This document shows positions 32,087-41,046 of a stretch of DNA of 64,000 nucleotides, piece by piece. How positions within the stretch are numbered: the stretch's first letter is position 1; the number at the start of each line of letters is the position of its first letter. The notes below the pieces were generated by a model. The model was not told the DNA's origin, did no database searches, and worked only from the letters and a program-made list of their open reading frames with translations. The DNA is from Obrimoposthia wandeli (taxonomy: Eukaryota), in the NCBI GenBank assembly GCA_977020255.1, contig CDROCS010005135.1:62001-126000 (forward strand). The letters run 5' to 3'. The translations under genes were made by a program, and so were the position numbers.

Positions 32087-32122
32087 ATCGCCTGTTTATA
32101 CTTTTTAGTGAAAACAGGCGAT
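32087..32122. terminator. Hairpin between convergent genes
   Basis: ATCGCCTGTTT/AAACAGGCGAT stem. Confidence 0.6.
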
Positions 32123-32174
32123 GGGACGTTTACTGCTAAATGTGGTGATATGAATTCGAGGCGAGAGGTGCAGT

Positions 32175-32501
32175 CTACTTAGGATAGACAGCCTGACGAC
32201 CACAACCCGCACAAACGCCATGTTGAATACGCAGCTCGCAGTCGTGGGTGGTAGGGTTACCATGTGGGCATGCATCATCAACACCTTCTACATGATTTAA
32301 CGAAAAGCTGCCTTGCGTTGCATTACCGCGAGGATCATATTCGCCTTTTTCACCAAACCCCTTATTTGCTTGAATCGTATCAAGCATGGTCGACAGGTCG
32401 TGAGCAAATAATTCTGCATAGCGTGCATCTTCTGCAACCATTTCACTCATTCGATGTAATACAGTGGCAACGCGTGTTTGAGCGCTTTTATTATCTGCCA
32501 T
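32175..32501 (-). CDS. Hypothetical protein with C-terminal Cys/His cluster
   Basis: AGGAG RBS; C-x9-C-x8-C-x2-C at the C-terminus; follows guaD on the same strand. Confidence 0.65.
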   Translation of the reverse strand: MADNKSAQTRVATVLHRMSEMVAEDARYAELFAHDLSTMLDTIQANKGFGEKGEYDPRGNATQGSFSLNHVEGVDDACPHGNPTTHDCELRIQHGVCAGCGRQAVYPK

Positions 32502-32570
32502 AGTCATTGGAGCTCCTATTTTGGGTAGAGGGTAGCCGTTCTTAATGTGGATCTGCGCTTTTTATTGCGT

Positions 32571-33917
32571 TTACACTGCACTTTGAGTTTTAGGCACTTC
32601 TTGATGAATATCGTAAGCCTTTTTGCCATAAATGTAGGTTTGAGAAACGGCTCTATCGTCTCCAAGGCTCATTAATACAAACAGCTTTTCTTCAAGGTTG
32701 GTGGTTTGCTTCATTCGAAAACGCATAAGCTGGGTTGCATGAAGATCGAGTACAACGAAATCGGCTTCTTTGCCTATCGCAAGGTTGCCAATTTTATCGT
32801 CTAGATGCAGGGCTTTTGCGCCGCCTAATGTGGCTAAAAATAGCGATTTGATGGGGTGAAGCTTCTCTTGCTGCAACTGCATGATTTTATACGCTTCACT
32901 CATGGTTTGTAGCAATGAAAAGCTTGTACCTGCACCCACATCTGTTCCCATGCCTACGCTGATATTAAACTTTTCCATTTTAGGCAGGTTGAACAAACCT
33001 GAGCCTAAGAAAAGGTTAGATGTAGGGCAAAAAGCAATGGATGAGTCAGTATCTGCAAGTCGTTGGCATTCACAATCAGAAAGATGAATACCATGGGCGA
33101 ACACCGAGCGTTTGTGTAGTAGACCGTAATGATCGTACACGTCTAAATAACTTTCACGTTCAGGGAAAAGATCTAACACCCATTCGATTTCTTTCTTATT
33201 TTCAGAAAGGTGGGTGTGCATGAAAACGTCTGGGTATTCTTTTAGTAACTGACCGACCGTGGCGAGTTGTTCATTGGTACTGGTGGGTGCAAAGCGCGGT
33301 GTGACTGCATAATGCAGACGCCCTTTATTGTGCCAACGTTCGATGAGCTCTTTAGATTCTTCGTAACCTGATTGTGGTGTATCGGTAAGGTAATCTGGCG
33401 CATTACGATCCATCAGCACTTTACCGGCGATCATGCGTAAATTACGTTTTTCGGCTTCTTCAAAAAAGACATTAACCGATTCTTTATGTACCGTACCAAA
33501 TACTAAAGCGGTTGTTGTACCGTTACTGGCGAGTTCATCAAGAAACAGTGTCGCGACCTGATGGGCATAGATTGGATTTTTGAAACGTAACTCTTCGGGG
33601 AACGTATAGTTTTCTAACCAATCTAAAAGCTGTTCACCATAAGAGGCAATCATGCCCGTTTGTGGGTAATGGATATGGGTATCGATAAAGCCCGATGTAA
33701 TGATTTTATGTTTAAAGACATTCACTGTGATGTGTTTAGGTTGTCTTGCTAATACATCTTCTGCTGGTCCAATATCAACAATATGACCATTTTCGACAAC
33801 CAAAATTCCATCTTCAAAATAGTGGTAAGAATCGTCGAGTCCGACATCTTTAGGGTCAGCCACGCTGTGTACAATGGCTGAGCGGTATGCGATTTTTGGT
33901 GATGCCATTTCTTTCAA
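32571..33917 (-). CDS. guaD: Guanine deaminase
   Basis: GFIDTHIHYPQ, YAVTPRFAPTS, HTHLSEN, GTDVGAG. Confidence 0.95.
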   Translation of the reverse strand: MKEMASPKIAYRSAIVHSVADPKDVGLDDSYHYFEDGILVVENGHIVDIGPAEDVLARQPKHITVNVFKHKIITSGFIDTHIHYPQTGMIASYGEQLLDWLENYTFPEELRFKNPIYAHQVATLFLDELASNGTTTALVFGTVHKESVNVFFEEAEKRNLRMIAGKVLMDRNAPDYLTDTPQSGYEESKELIERWHNKGRLHYAVTPRFAPTSTNEQLATVGQLLKEYPDVFMHTHLSENKKEIEWVLDLFPERESYLDVYDHYGLLHKRSVFAHGIHLSDCECQRLADTDSSIAFCPTSNLFLGSGLFNLPKMEKFNISVGMGTDVGAGTSFSLLQTMSEAYKIMQLQQEKLHPIKSLFLATLGGAKALHLDDKIGNLAIGKEADFVVLDLHATQLMRFRMKQTTNLEEKLFVLMSLGDDRAVSQTYIYGKKAYDIHQEVPKTQSAV

Positions 33918-33935
33918 TCCTATTATCCGTTCAGA

Positions 33936-34769
33936 TTAAGCCAGCTTGTTCTGTCGAATGGCAGATGCTGTATCAACGGGGCGTTTTTGCTCCAGTTCCT
34001 CACCTTGATAGTGAGCGATCAGTTCGCCTGCGACAGAAACGGCTATTTCAGCAGGGTGTTTTCCTTTCACCGCTGCGATGCCGATAGGGCAGACCATGCG
34101 TTCTATTGTTGCTTGGTCGTAGCCGCGCTCTGTTAATCTGTAATCAAATTTCTTGCGCTTAGTTTCCGATCCAATCATGCCGAAATAAGTCACGTCTTCA
34201 CGCTTTAAAATGGCTTTTGCTAAATCGAAATCAAGCTGGTGGTTGTGTGTCATAACAAGGTAGTAGCTGTTGGGTGGCATATGTTTAACTTCAGCAACAG
34301 GATCGTCACTCACCAGTTTGTTGATGCCTGCTGGAAGATGTTCTGGAAATTCGTTTTCGCGTTCGTCAATCCAAGTTACTTTAAAGGGCAGCGTTGCCAC
34401 AATATGTAACAGCGCTTTCGCCACATGACCTGCACCGAATAACACTAAATGATTTTGCTGCTGACCAATGGGTTCAAAGCTCAGTGTTGCCATACCACCG
34501 CAGCATTGACCCAAGCGAGCACCAAGATTAAAGCGTTCTACTTTTAAGTGGTTATCGCCGATTAGCAGCATTTCACGTGCCATTTTTGTCGCCAAATGTT
34601 CAAGATGACCACCGCCAATAGTGGCGATGAGCCCGTCACGAGTCACTAGCATTTTTGTCCCTGCATCGCGGGGTACTGAGCCTTTGTCTTCTAAAACGGT
34701 GACCATTACGCAAGCTTCGCCTTTTTCTTCCAGTCTCGCTAGCTCATGAATCCAGTTATCATTGAACAT
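33936..34769 (-). CDS. xdhC: Xanthine dehydrogenase accessory protein
   Basis: GSVPRDAGTKM, TIGGGHLE, LGQCCGG, MTHNHQLD. Confidence 0.95.
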   Translation of the reverse strand: MFNDNWIHELARLEEKGEACVMVTVLEDKGSVPRDAGTKMLVTRDGLIATIGGGHLEHLATKMAREMLLIGDNHLKVERFNLGARLGQCCGGMATLSFEPIGQQQNHLVLFGAGHVAKALLHIVATLPFKVTWIDERENEFPEHLPAGINKLVSDDPVAEVKHMPPNSYYLVMTHNHQLDFDLAKAILKREDVTYFGMIGSETKRKKFDYRLTERGYDQATIERMVCPIGIAAVKGKHPAEIAVSVAGELIAHYQGEELEQKRPVDTASAIRQNKLA

Positions 34770-34792
34770 ATTGACGCTCCCAATCCGTTACA

Positions 34793-37189
34793 TTATTTTT
34801 CTGCTTCGTTGAGTTCTACTGCTAACGCTGGTTGATCTACGTGTTGTACATTTTTTACTGCCCATAGCACGCGTTCTGGTGTGGCTGGCGTATCCAGTTT
34901 TGGAATCGCATTGTTTACAGCAACAGAGGCGATGGCATCTTTTAATGCACTCCACACCGACATGCTAAGCATGAATGGGGGTTCACCGACCGCTTTCGAG
35001 TTAAAGACGGTATCTTCAGGGTTGCTGCGGTTTTCCAGTAAATGTGTGCGGAAATCGATAGGCATATCAGCAATCGCTGGGATCTTGTAGCTTGCCGGGC
35101 CATTAGTCGTGAGTTTGCCTTGTTCATTCCACACTAATTCTTCTGTTGTTAACCAACCGACGCCTTGAATGAAACCACCTTCAATCTGACCGATATCAAT
35201 GGCAGGGTTTAAGGATGCCCCTACATCATGTAATAAATCGGCACGCAGTATTTTGTATTCACCAGTTAAGGTATCAATAACCACTTCAGAGCAAGATGCG
35301 CCATAGGCGTAGTAGTAGAACGGGCGACCACGTGCTTTTTGGTGGTCGTAGAAAATCTTCGGTGTGCGATAAAAGCCAGTGCTTGAAAGTGAGATTTGAT
35401 TGAAATAAGCCAATTGAATCAGTTCTTCAAACGGCATGTATTTATCGCGAATTTTTACAATACCACTTTTGAATACCACTTCTTCTTCACTAACCTTGAA
35501 GTGTGAACTCGCAAATTCAACTAATCTGCGTTTAATCGTTTGCGCGGCATTTTGTGCTGCTTTACCGTTTAAATCGGTACCCGATGAGGCTGCCGTTGGT
35601 GAGGTGTTTGGCACTTTATCGGTATTGGTGGCTGTGATTTGAATGCGGTCGATATCGACTTGGAACTCTTGAGCCACAATTTGCGCCACTTTGGTGTTCA
35701 AACCTTGCCCCATTTCAGTACCACCGTGGTTTAGGTGAATACTGCCATCGGTATAAATATGAAGTAGGGCACCCGCTTGGTTCAAAAACGTTGCTGTGAA
35801 CGAAATACCAAATTTAACGGGCGTAATGGCTAAGCCCTTTTTAAGAATTGGGCTGGCTTTGTTAAAGGCTTCAATTTCTTTACGACGTTCGTGGTACTGG
35901 CTGGTGGTTTCAAGTTGTGCTGTTATGTCGTGTATGAAGTTATCTTCAACGGTTTGGTAGTAGTGCGTGATATTACGGTCTTTATCGTCGTAGTAGTTGT
36001 GTTTACGTACTTCTAACGGGTCTTTCTTTAGGTAGCAGGCGATTTCATCCATGATGTGTTCAATGGTCATCATGCCCTGTGGGCCACCAAATCCGCGATA
36101 TGCGGTGTTAGAGGCGGTATTGGTTTTACAGCGATGCCCCGTTACTGTTGCATCGCCCAAGTAATAAGCGTTATCTGAGTGGAACATGGCGCGATCGACA
36201 ATGGAGCTTGATAGATCTGGCGAATAACCACAGTTACCCGCAACCGTAATATCAATACCTTGGATACGGCCGTTGTCATCAAAGCCGACGGTGTATTGGT
36301 TATAAAACGGGTGGCGTTTGCCTGTCATTTGCATATCGTCACTACGCAGCAAGCGCATTTTTGTAGGGCGACCTGTTAAGTGAGCAACGACTGCCGCCAT
36401 ACAAGCAGGGCCAGCCGCTTGCGTTTCTTTACCGCCAAAACCACCGCCCATTCGGCGCATATCAATAACGATTTTGTGCATTGGCACACCCAGTACTTCA
36501 GCAACCAATTTTTGTACTTCAGTTGGGTTCTGCGTCGAGGTATAAACAATCATGCCGCCATCTTCAGTAGGCATTACGCTGCTGACTTGTGTTTCTAAAT
36601 AGAAGTGCTCTTGCCCCCCGATATGCAGATCACCTTCAAGCACATGCTTGGCTTTTTTCAGTGCTGCTGCCGAATCGCCGCGTTTTTGTTGATGGCTTTC
36701 AGTAACGAAATGCTTCTTTTCTAGTGCCTCTTTAACATCAAGAATCGCTGGAAGAGGGTCATATTCGATAATGGCTGCTTGAGCGGCTTTTCGTGCTGTT
36801 TCTAAATCATTGGCAGCGACGGCTAATATAGGTTGTCCGTAGTATTCCACTTTTCCATCAGCCAGTAGCGGATCGCCGGGTAAAATCGCACCAATATCCA
36901 GTTGCCCAGGTACATCTTTGCTGGTGATAACAATCTCGACACCTTCGAATTCGTAACACGGGCTAACGTCAATTTTTGTGATATTGGCGTGTGCTTGGGT
37001 GCTTAAACGTGCATACAAATGAAGTTGGTTAGGAAACTCTAAGCGGTCATCGATATAAACAGCTTCACCAGTTACTTGCTTACCTGCACTGTCGTGTTTA
37101 ACGCTTTTACCCACGCCAGTTGTTAAGTCTTGTTTTACAAGCGCCACCATCTCTTCGTGGCTCAATGTATTACCATGATGATTAGACAT
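34793..37189 (-). CDS. xdhB: Xanthine dehydrogenase molybdopterin subunit
   Basis: GGQEHFYLE, RRMGGGFGGKET, AYRGFGGPQG, SKAVGEPP. Confidence 0.96.
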   Translation of the reverse strand: MSNHHGNTLSHEEMVALVKQDLTTGVGKSVKHDSAGKQVTGEAVYIDDRLEFPNQLHLYARLSTQAHANITKIDVSPCYEFEGVEIVITSKDVPGQLDIGAILPGDPLLADGKVEYYGQPILAVAANDLETARKAAQAAIIEYDPLPAILDVKEALEKKHFVTESHQQKRGDSAAALKKAKHVLEGDLHIGGQEHFYLETQVSSVMPTEDGGMIVYTSTQNPTEVQKLVAEVLGVPMHKIVIDMRRMGGGFGGKETQAAGPACMAAVVAHLTGRPTKMRLLRSDDMQMTGKRHPFYNQYTVGFDDNGRIQGIDITVAGNCGYSPDLSSSIVDRAMFHSDNAYYLGDATVTGHRCKTNTASNTAYRGFGGPQGMMTIEHIMDEIACYLKKDPLEVRKHNYYDDKDRNITHYYQTVEDNFIHDITAQLETTSQYHERRKEIEAFNKASPILKKGLAITPVKFGISFTATFLNQAGALLHIYTDGSIHLNHGGTEMGQGLNTKVAQIVAQEFQVDIDRIQITATNTDKVPNTSPTAASSGTDLNGKAAQNAAQTIKRRLVEFASSHFKVSEEEVVFKSGIVKIRDKYMPFEELIQLAYFNQISLSSTGFYRTPKIFYDHQKARGRPFYYYAYGASCSEVVIDTLTGEYKILRADLLHDVGASLNPAIDIGQIEGGFIQGVGWLTTEELVWNEQGKLTTNGPASYKIPAIADMPIDFRTHLLENRSNPEDTVFNSKAVGEPPFMLSMSVWSALKDAIASVAVNNAIPKLDTPATPERVLWAVKNVQHVDQPALAVELNEAEK

Positions 37190-38630
37190 AAGAGGTCACC
37201 CTTGTTTCAATTTGATTATTCACGTTTTGCTGTTCGATAAAGAAGCGGTAAAGCATGTTGGCTGCGGTTTGGCTGCGGTACTCTTTGCTTGCTCGGAAAT
37301 CAGAAAGAGGTTCAAAATCGTTTTCTAATGTTGCCATGGCGGCTTTCACGGTGGCTACATTCCATGTCTTTCCGAGTAACGCTTGTTCACACGCCGCTGC
37401 ACGTTTGGGTGTTGCTGCCATGCCACCGAAGGCAATACGAATTGAGGAGACGACGTCGTTATCTAATTCGAGGTTAAATGCGCCGCATACCGCAGAAATA
37501 TCATCATCGAGACGTTTAGATAGCTTATACGCACGGAACTCTTTGTGGGTTTCAGGCTTAGGAATAATGATTTTCTCGATAAACTCTGAAGGTTGTTGCG
37601 CGGTCACTTTGTAGCTAATGAAGTAATCTTCAATTGGAATGGTACGAGACTCTTTACCACGACGAAGTGTAATGCTGGCATTGAGTGCAATCAGTAGAGG
37701 GGGCGCATCACCAATAGGGGAAGCATTCGCAACATTGCCACCCAGTGTGCCTTGGTTACGAACTTGCAGCGATGCAAAGCGGTGAAGCAACTCACCAAAA
37801 TCAGGATAGTATTTGCTGATTACATCGTAGCAATCGCTGATCGGTAAATTTGCACCAATGATAATGTCGTTATCGGTTTCCTCTAATACTTTCATATCAG
37901 CAACCAGATTGACGCTAATCATCTGTTCAATTTCACGGTGGAATTGTGTTACTTCAAGTGCCAAATCTGTACCGCCTGCCAGTAGGCGTGCTTCAGGGTA
38001 GGTCAGTAATAGTGCCGCGAGTTCATCTGTTGTTGTAGGTGAAAAGCTTGATAGGTTCTTATAGTTAAGTGTAGCGGGTTCATTACTGATACTTTTAAGT
38101 TTTTCGATGGTACGTAGTTCAAGTTCGGCAAACTGATCAAGAATGGGTTTATCGGTGCTCAGAGACATCGCCGCATCAATAATCGGGCGGTAGCCTGTGC
38201 ATCGGCAAAGGTTGCCAGCTAATGATTCTAAAATATCTTCTTTGTTGGCTTGAGGCCGATTCTTACTGAGTGCAAACATCGACATGATAAAACCGGGTGT
38301 ACAGTAGCCACACTGTGAACCATGAAACTCAACCAAGGCTTGCTGCACTGGGTGAAGAGATTTATCAGTATTCTGCAAATCTTCAACCGTAATTAATTGT
38401 TTGCCGTGTAGGGCAGAAACAAAGGTAAGGCATGAATTAACCGAGCGATATTGTAGTTGCCCATTTACTAACTCACCGAGCACAACCGTACATGCACCAC
38501 AGTCACCTGAACCACAACCTTCCTTGGTTCCTGTTTTGTTTACCTGAGTGCGCAGATAGTTGAGCACGGTCATATTAGGTGAAAGTTGAGCTTCTTCTCG
38601 TACTTTCTGGTTCAGTAAGAATTTAATCAA
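37182..38630 (-). CDS. xdhA: Xanthine dehydrogenase FeS/FAD subunit
   Basis: GTKEGCGSGDCGAC, QCGYCTPGF, GNLCRCTGY, AGGTD. Confidence 0.96.
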   Translation of the reverse strand: MIKFLLNQKVREEAQLSPNMTVLNYLRTQVNKTGTKEGCGSGDCGACTVVLGELVNGQLQYRSVNSCLTFVSALHGKQLITVEDLQNTDKSLHPVQQALVEFHGSQCGYCTPGFIMSMFALSKNRPQANKEDILESLAGNLCRCTGYRPIIDAAMSLSTDKPILDQFAELELRTIEKLKSISNEPATLNYKNLSSFSPTTTDELAALLLTYPEARLLAGGTDLALEVTQFHREIEQMISVNLVADMKVLEETDNDIIIGANLPISDCYDVISKYYPDFGELLHRFASLQVRNQGTLGGNVANASPIGDAPPLLIALNASITLRRGKESRTIPIEDYFISYKVTAQQPSEFIEKIIIPKPETHKEFRAYKLSKRLDDDISAVCGAFNLELDNDVVSSIRIAFGGMAATPKRAAACEQALLGKTWNVATVKAAMATLENDFEPLSDFRASKEYRSQTAANMLYRFFIEQQNVNNQIETRVTSYV

Positions 38631-38660
38631 GAGACCTCCTTGGGCTAGGTTGCGATTTTT

Positions 38661-38703
38661 CTGACCTTTGAGTCAATATTGTTCATGTTGACTTTTTAGT
38701 CAA
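38661..38703. promoter_or_regulatory. Tandem RutR-type boxes upstream of xdhA
   Basis: CTGACCTTTGAGTCAA (38661-38676) and TTGACTTTTTAGTCAA (38688-38703), both TGAC-N6-GTCA. Confidence 0.7.
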
Positions 38704-38860
38704 CTATTATTTTACAACTTTGCAACAATTTGGTTGATATTCAATTTTGACCATAATTCATTAATAATCATTGTTTTACCTTTGATTATTAACGTTTGGT
38801 GAATGTTGCCATAGCTTTATATGCGAAAAAACATTTTCAGAGAACATTTTGTTTTTCATA

Positions 38861-38870
38861 TTGCATACAC
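38861..38870. promoter_or_regulatory. Weak candidate GntR operator upstream of xdhA
   Basis: TTGCATACAC, 8/10 match. Confidence 0.25.
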
Positions 38871-39143
38871 TACTAAATACAATTATGGCAGAGATATTGA
38901 TGGCTATTGTGCGGATTATCAGAATAATTGATTGATACTTGGCATGATGTTTATTTAAGAGGATAGGATTATGTCAGGTGAGGTTTTTTAAACAAAAAAG
39001 GGCTGTAGGTACAAGAAAGTGAAATAGTTGTTTTGGGCTGATAAGCGTAGAGGATATTAAAAAAACAGGAAAAAGAGTGCAGGTTAAGGGGGGGCGTTGG
39101 CTCTGATTATGGCAACAGAGCCTACGTGAAATTAAGAGGTATA

Positions 39144-39890
39144 TTATGCTTTGTTTAATGCATTATTTTTAATGACGTTAGAGAAAACCACATGCAAATC
39201 ATTAGATGCTGATTCACCATCTAGGCTCAGTTTTGAGCGAATATGATTTAAGTGTTCCGTCATTAACGACAGGGCTTTTTCTTTATCACCAGCTTCAATG
39301 GCATCCAGTAAAATGGTGTGCTCGTCTAAAGAACAATTAGCATTGTTGCCCACTTCGTATTGCGCAATTAATAACGAAGTTTGAGAGACCAAGCTTCGCT
39401 GGAAATTGAGAAGAGGGGCATTGTTTGCCATCTCTGCCAGTTTTAGGTGAAATTCACCTGATAGACGAATACCGCTACCAAAATCCCCTTTTTCAAAGGC
39501 ACTTAATTCAGCAGAGACCAGCTTACGGATTTGTTTTATTTGCTCTTGAGTTGCATTTTCAACCGCTAATTCTGTAATAGCGAGTTCCATTACTTCCCGT
39601 GCTTTAAAGATTTGTTTGGCTTCTTCAATCGTGGGTGCAGCAACAATAGCCCCGCGATTAGGACGAATTACCACAACTTGTTCAAGAGAAAGGCGCAGCA
39701 GTGCTCGGCGAATAATGGTACGGCTAACACTGAATATTTCACTTAATGCTTCTTCATTCAGCTTGGTACCTGGCGGTAATCGTTGCTCTAAAATGGCATC
39801 AAAAATATGACAGTAAACAACATCATCCTGAGTCTGAGTTGGGGATTTAGTTTTTGATTTTTTCTGTACTGCTTTGCTGAGACTTGTCAT
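39144..39890 (-). CDS. GntR-family (FCD domain) regulator
   Basis: LPPGTKLNEEALSEIFSVSRTIIRRAL HTH; FHLKLAEMANN...EHTILLDAI FCD domain. Confidence 0.92.
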   Translation of the reverse strand: MTSLSKAVQKKSKTKSPTQTQDDVVYCHIFDAILEQRLPPGTKLNEEALSEIFSVSRTIIRRALLRLSLEQVVVIRPNRGAIVAAPTIEEAKQIFKAREVMELAITELAVENATQEQIKQIRKLVSAELSAFEKGDFGSGIRLSGEFHLKLAEMANNAPLLNFQRSLVSQTSLLIAQYEVGNNANCSLDEHTILLDAIEAGDKEKALSLMTEHLNHIRSKLSLDGESASNDLHVVFSNVIKNNALNKA

Positions 39891-39980
39891 TCGGATGATA
39901 AACCTTCTAATCCTGCATCTTGAGGTAACGAGGGTATAGGTATACTTTTTTATAATTAGTTACCTTTAATATTACTCGTT

Positions 39981-39990
39981 TTGTGTACAA
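39981..39990. promoter_or_regulatory. Candidate autoregulatory GntR operator
   Basis: TTGTGTACAA, 90 bp upstream of the gntR start. Confidence 0.55.
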
Positions 39991-40206
39991 TTTCTTAGCT
40001 TTATTGTCTTTTTTATTACAGCAATCGACTTAGTTATCAAAATTAAGCTTCAATATTGCGTTTTAGGTGAGATATGCACGATCTAGCTAAATGCTTTGGT
40101 TTGATTTGTTAGGTGAAGGCGGGGGGAAATAAGAAAGCCAGCGATAAGAACTGGCTTTCATGATGTTTGGCGATATTCAATCTAGGTTACGCTAGGTGAA
40201 TCATAC

Positions 40207-41046
40207 TCAGAATGGATACCAAAATAACTGTTCTGATTGATAACGTTTGATAAAGCCTAACGTCAGAACAGTCGCGATGACCAATAGAGTGAGGTAATCA
40301 TTTTTGGTCATTGGCTTTAGGCTGTACCAAGAGCGGCGCTTATTGCGACCAAAACCACGTAATGTCATGGCATTGGAAATAACGTCGGCGCGATCAAGGC
40401 TAGAGAAAATCAATGGGCCTAGAATTTTAGCAACATTTTTAATGCGCTTCATTACCGGAACATTACTAGAAATGTCGACACCACGGGCTTGCTGCGCATG
40501 CATAATATTCATGAAGTCTTTCATTACTTCGGGTAGATAGCGCAAGGTCAAACTGACGGCGTAAGCGATTTTGTAAGGCACGCCTAATTTGTTCAAGCTG
40601 GCTGAAAATTCAGTAGGGTGGGTCGTAAAGACAAAGACCAACGCAATAGGGAACATACTGAAATACTTAAGCGTGACAGTAAGCAGGTAGAATAATGTTT
40701 CAACCGTGATTTTATAATCACCAAATAGGGTAAACAATACTGTTTCACTACCCATGTATTCGACACCTTGTAATGGTGCAATCAGAAACATAAATAATGC
40801 GTTCATCAAAAGAACAACAGACGTACCAATTAAAAGAGGTTTATAAACAGAGAACGGTACTTTACTGATTTTTAACAGTGCTAAACCCACTAAAATCATT
40901 GCGCAAATAACGCGTAAATCAAAGGTGATCAGCACCATGGTTACCCAGCTCATGAATAACATGAACTTAGTAATACCATTTAACGCATGCAAGGCAGAGC
41001 CTGTATTGACATAGCTAATGCCAAATTTAATTTTATTTGTTTTCAT
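40207..41046 (-). CDS. ECF transporter transmembrane T component
   Basis: AQQARG and MTLRGF Arg motifs. Confidence 0.92.
   Translation of the reverse strand: MKTNKIKFGISYVNTGSALHALNGITKFMLFMSWVTMVLITFDLRVICAMILVGLALLKISKVPFSVYKPLLIGTSVVLLMNALFMFLIAPLQGVEYMGSETVLFTLFGDYKITVETLFYLLTVTLKYFSMFPIALVFVFTTHPTEFSASLNKLGVPYKIAYAVSLTLRYLPEVMKDFMNIMHAQQARGVDISSNVPVMKRIKNVAKILGPLIFSSLDRADVISNAMTLRGFGRNKRRSWYSLKPMTKNDYLTLLVIATVLTLGFIKRYQSEQLFWYPF

Noticed and set aside
24791-32122. Possible integron cassette array in the accessory patch
   Set aside because: No attC cores (RYYYAAC...GTTRRRY) or repeated VCR-like elements found, gene orientations are mixed and there is no intI
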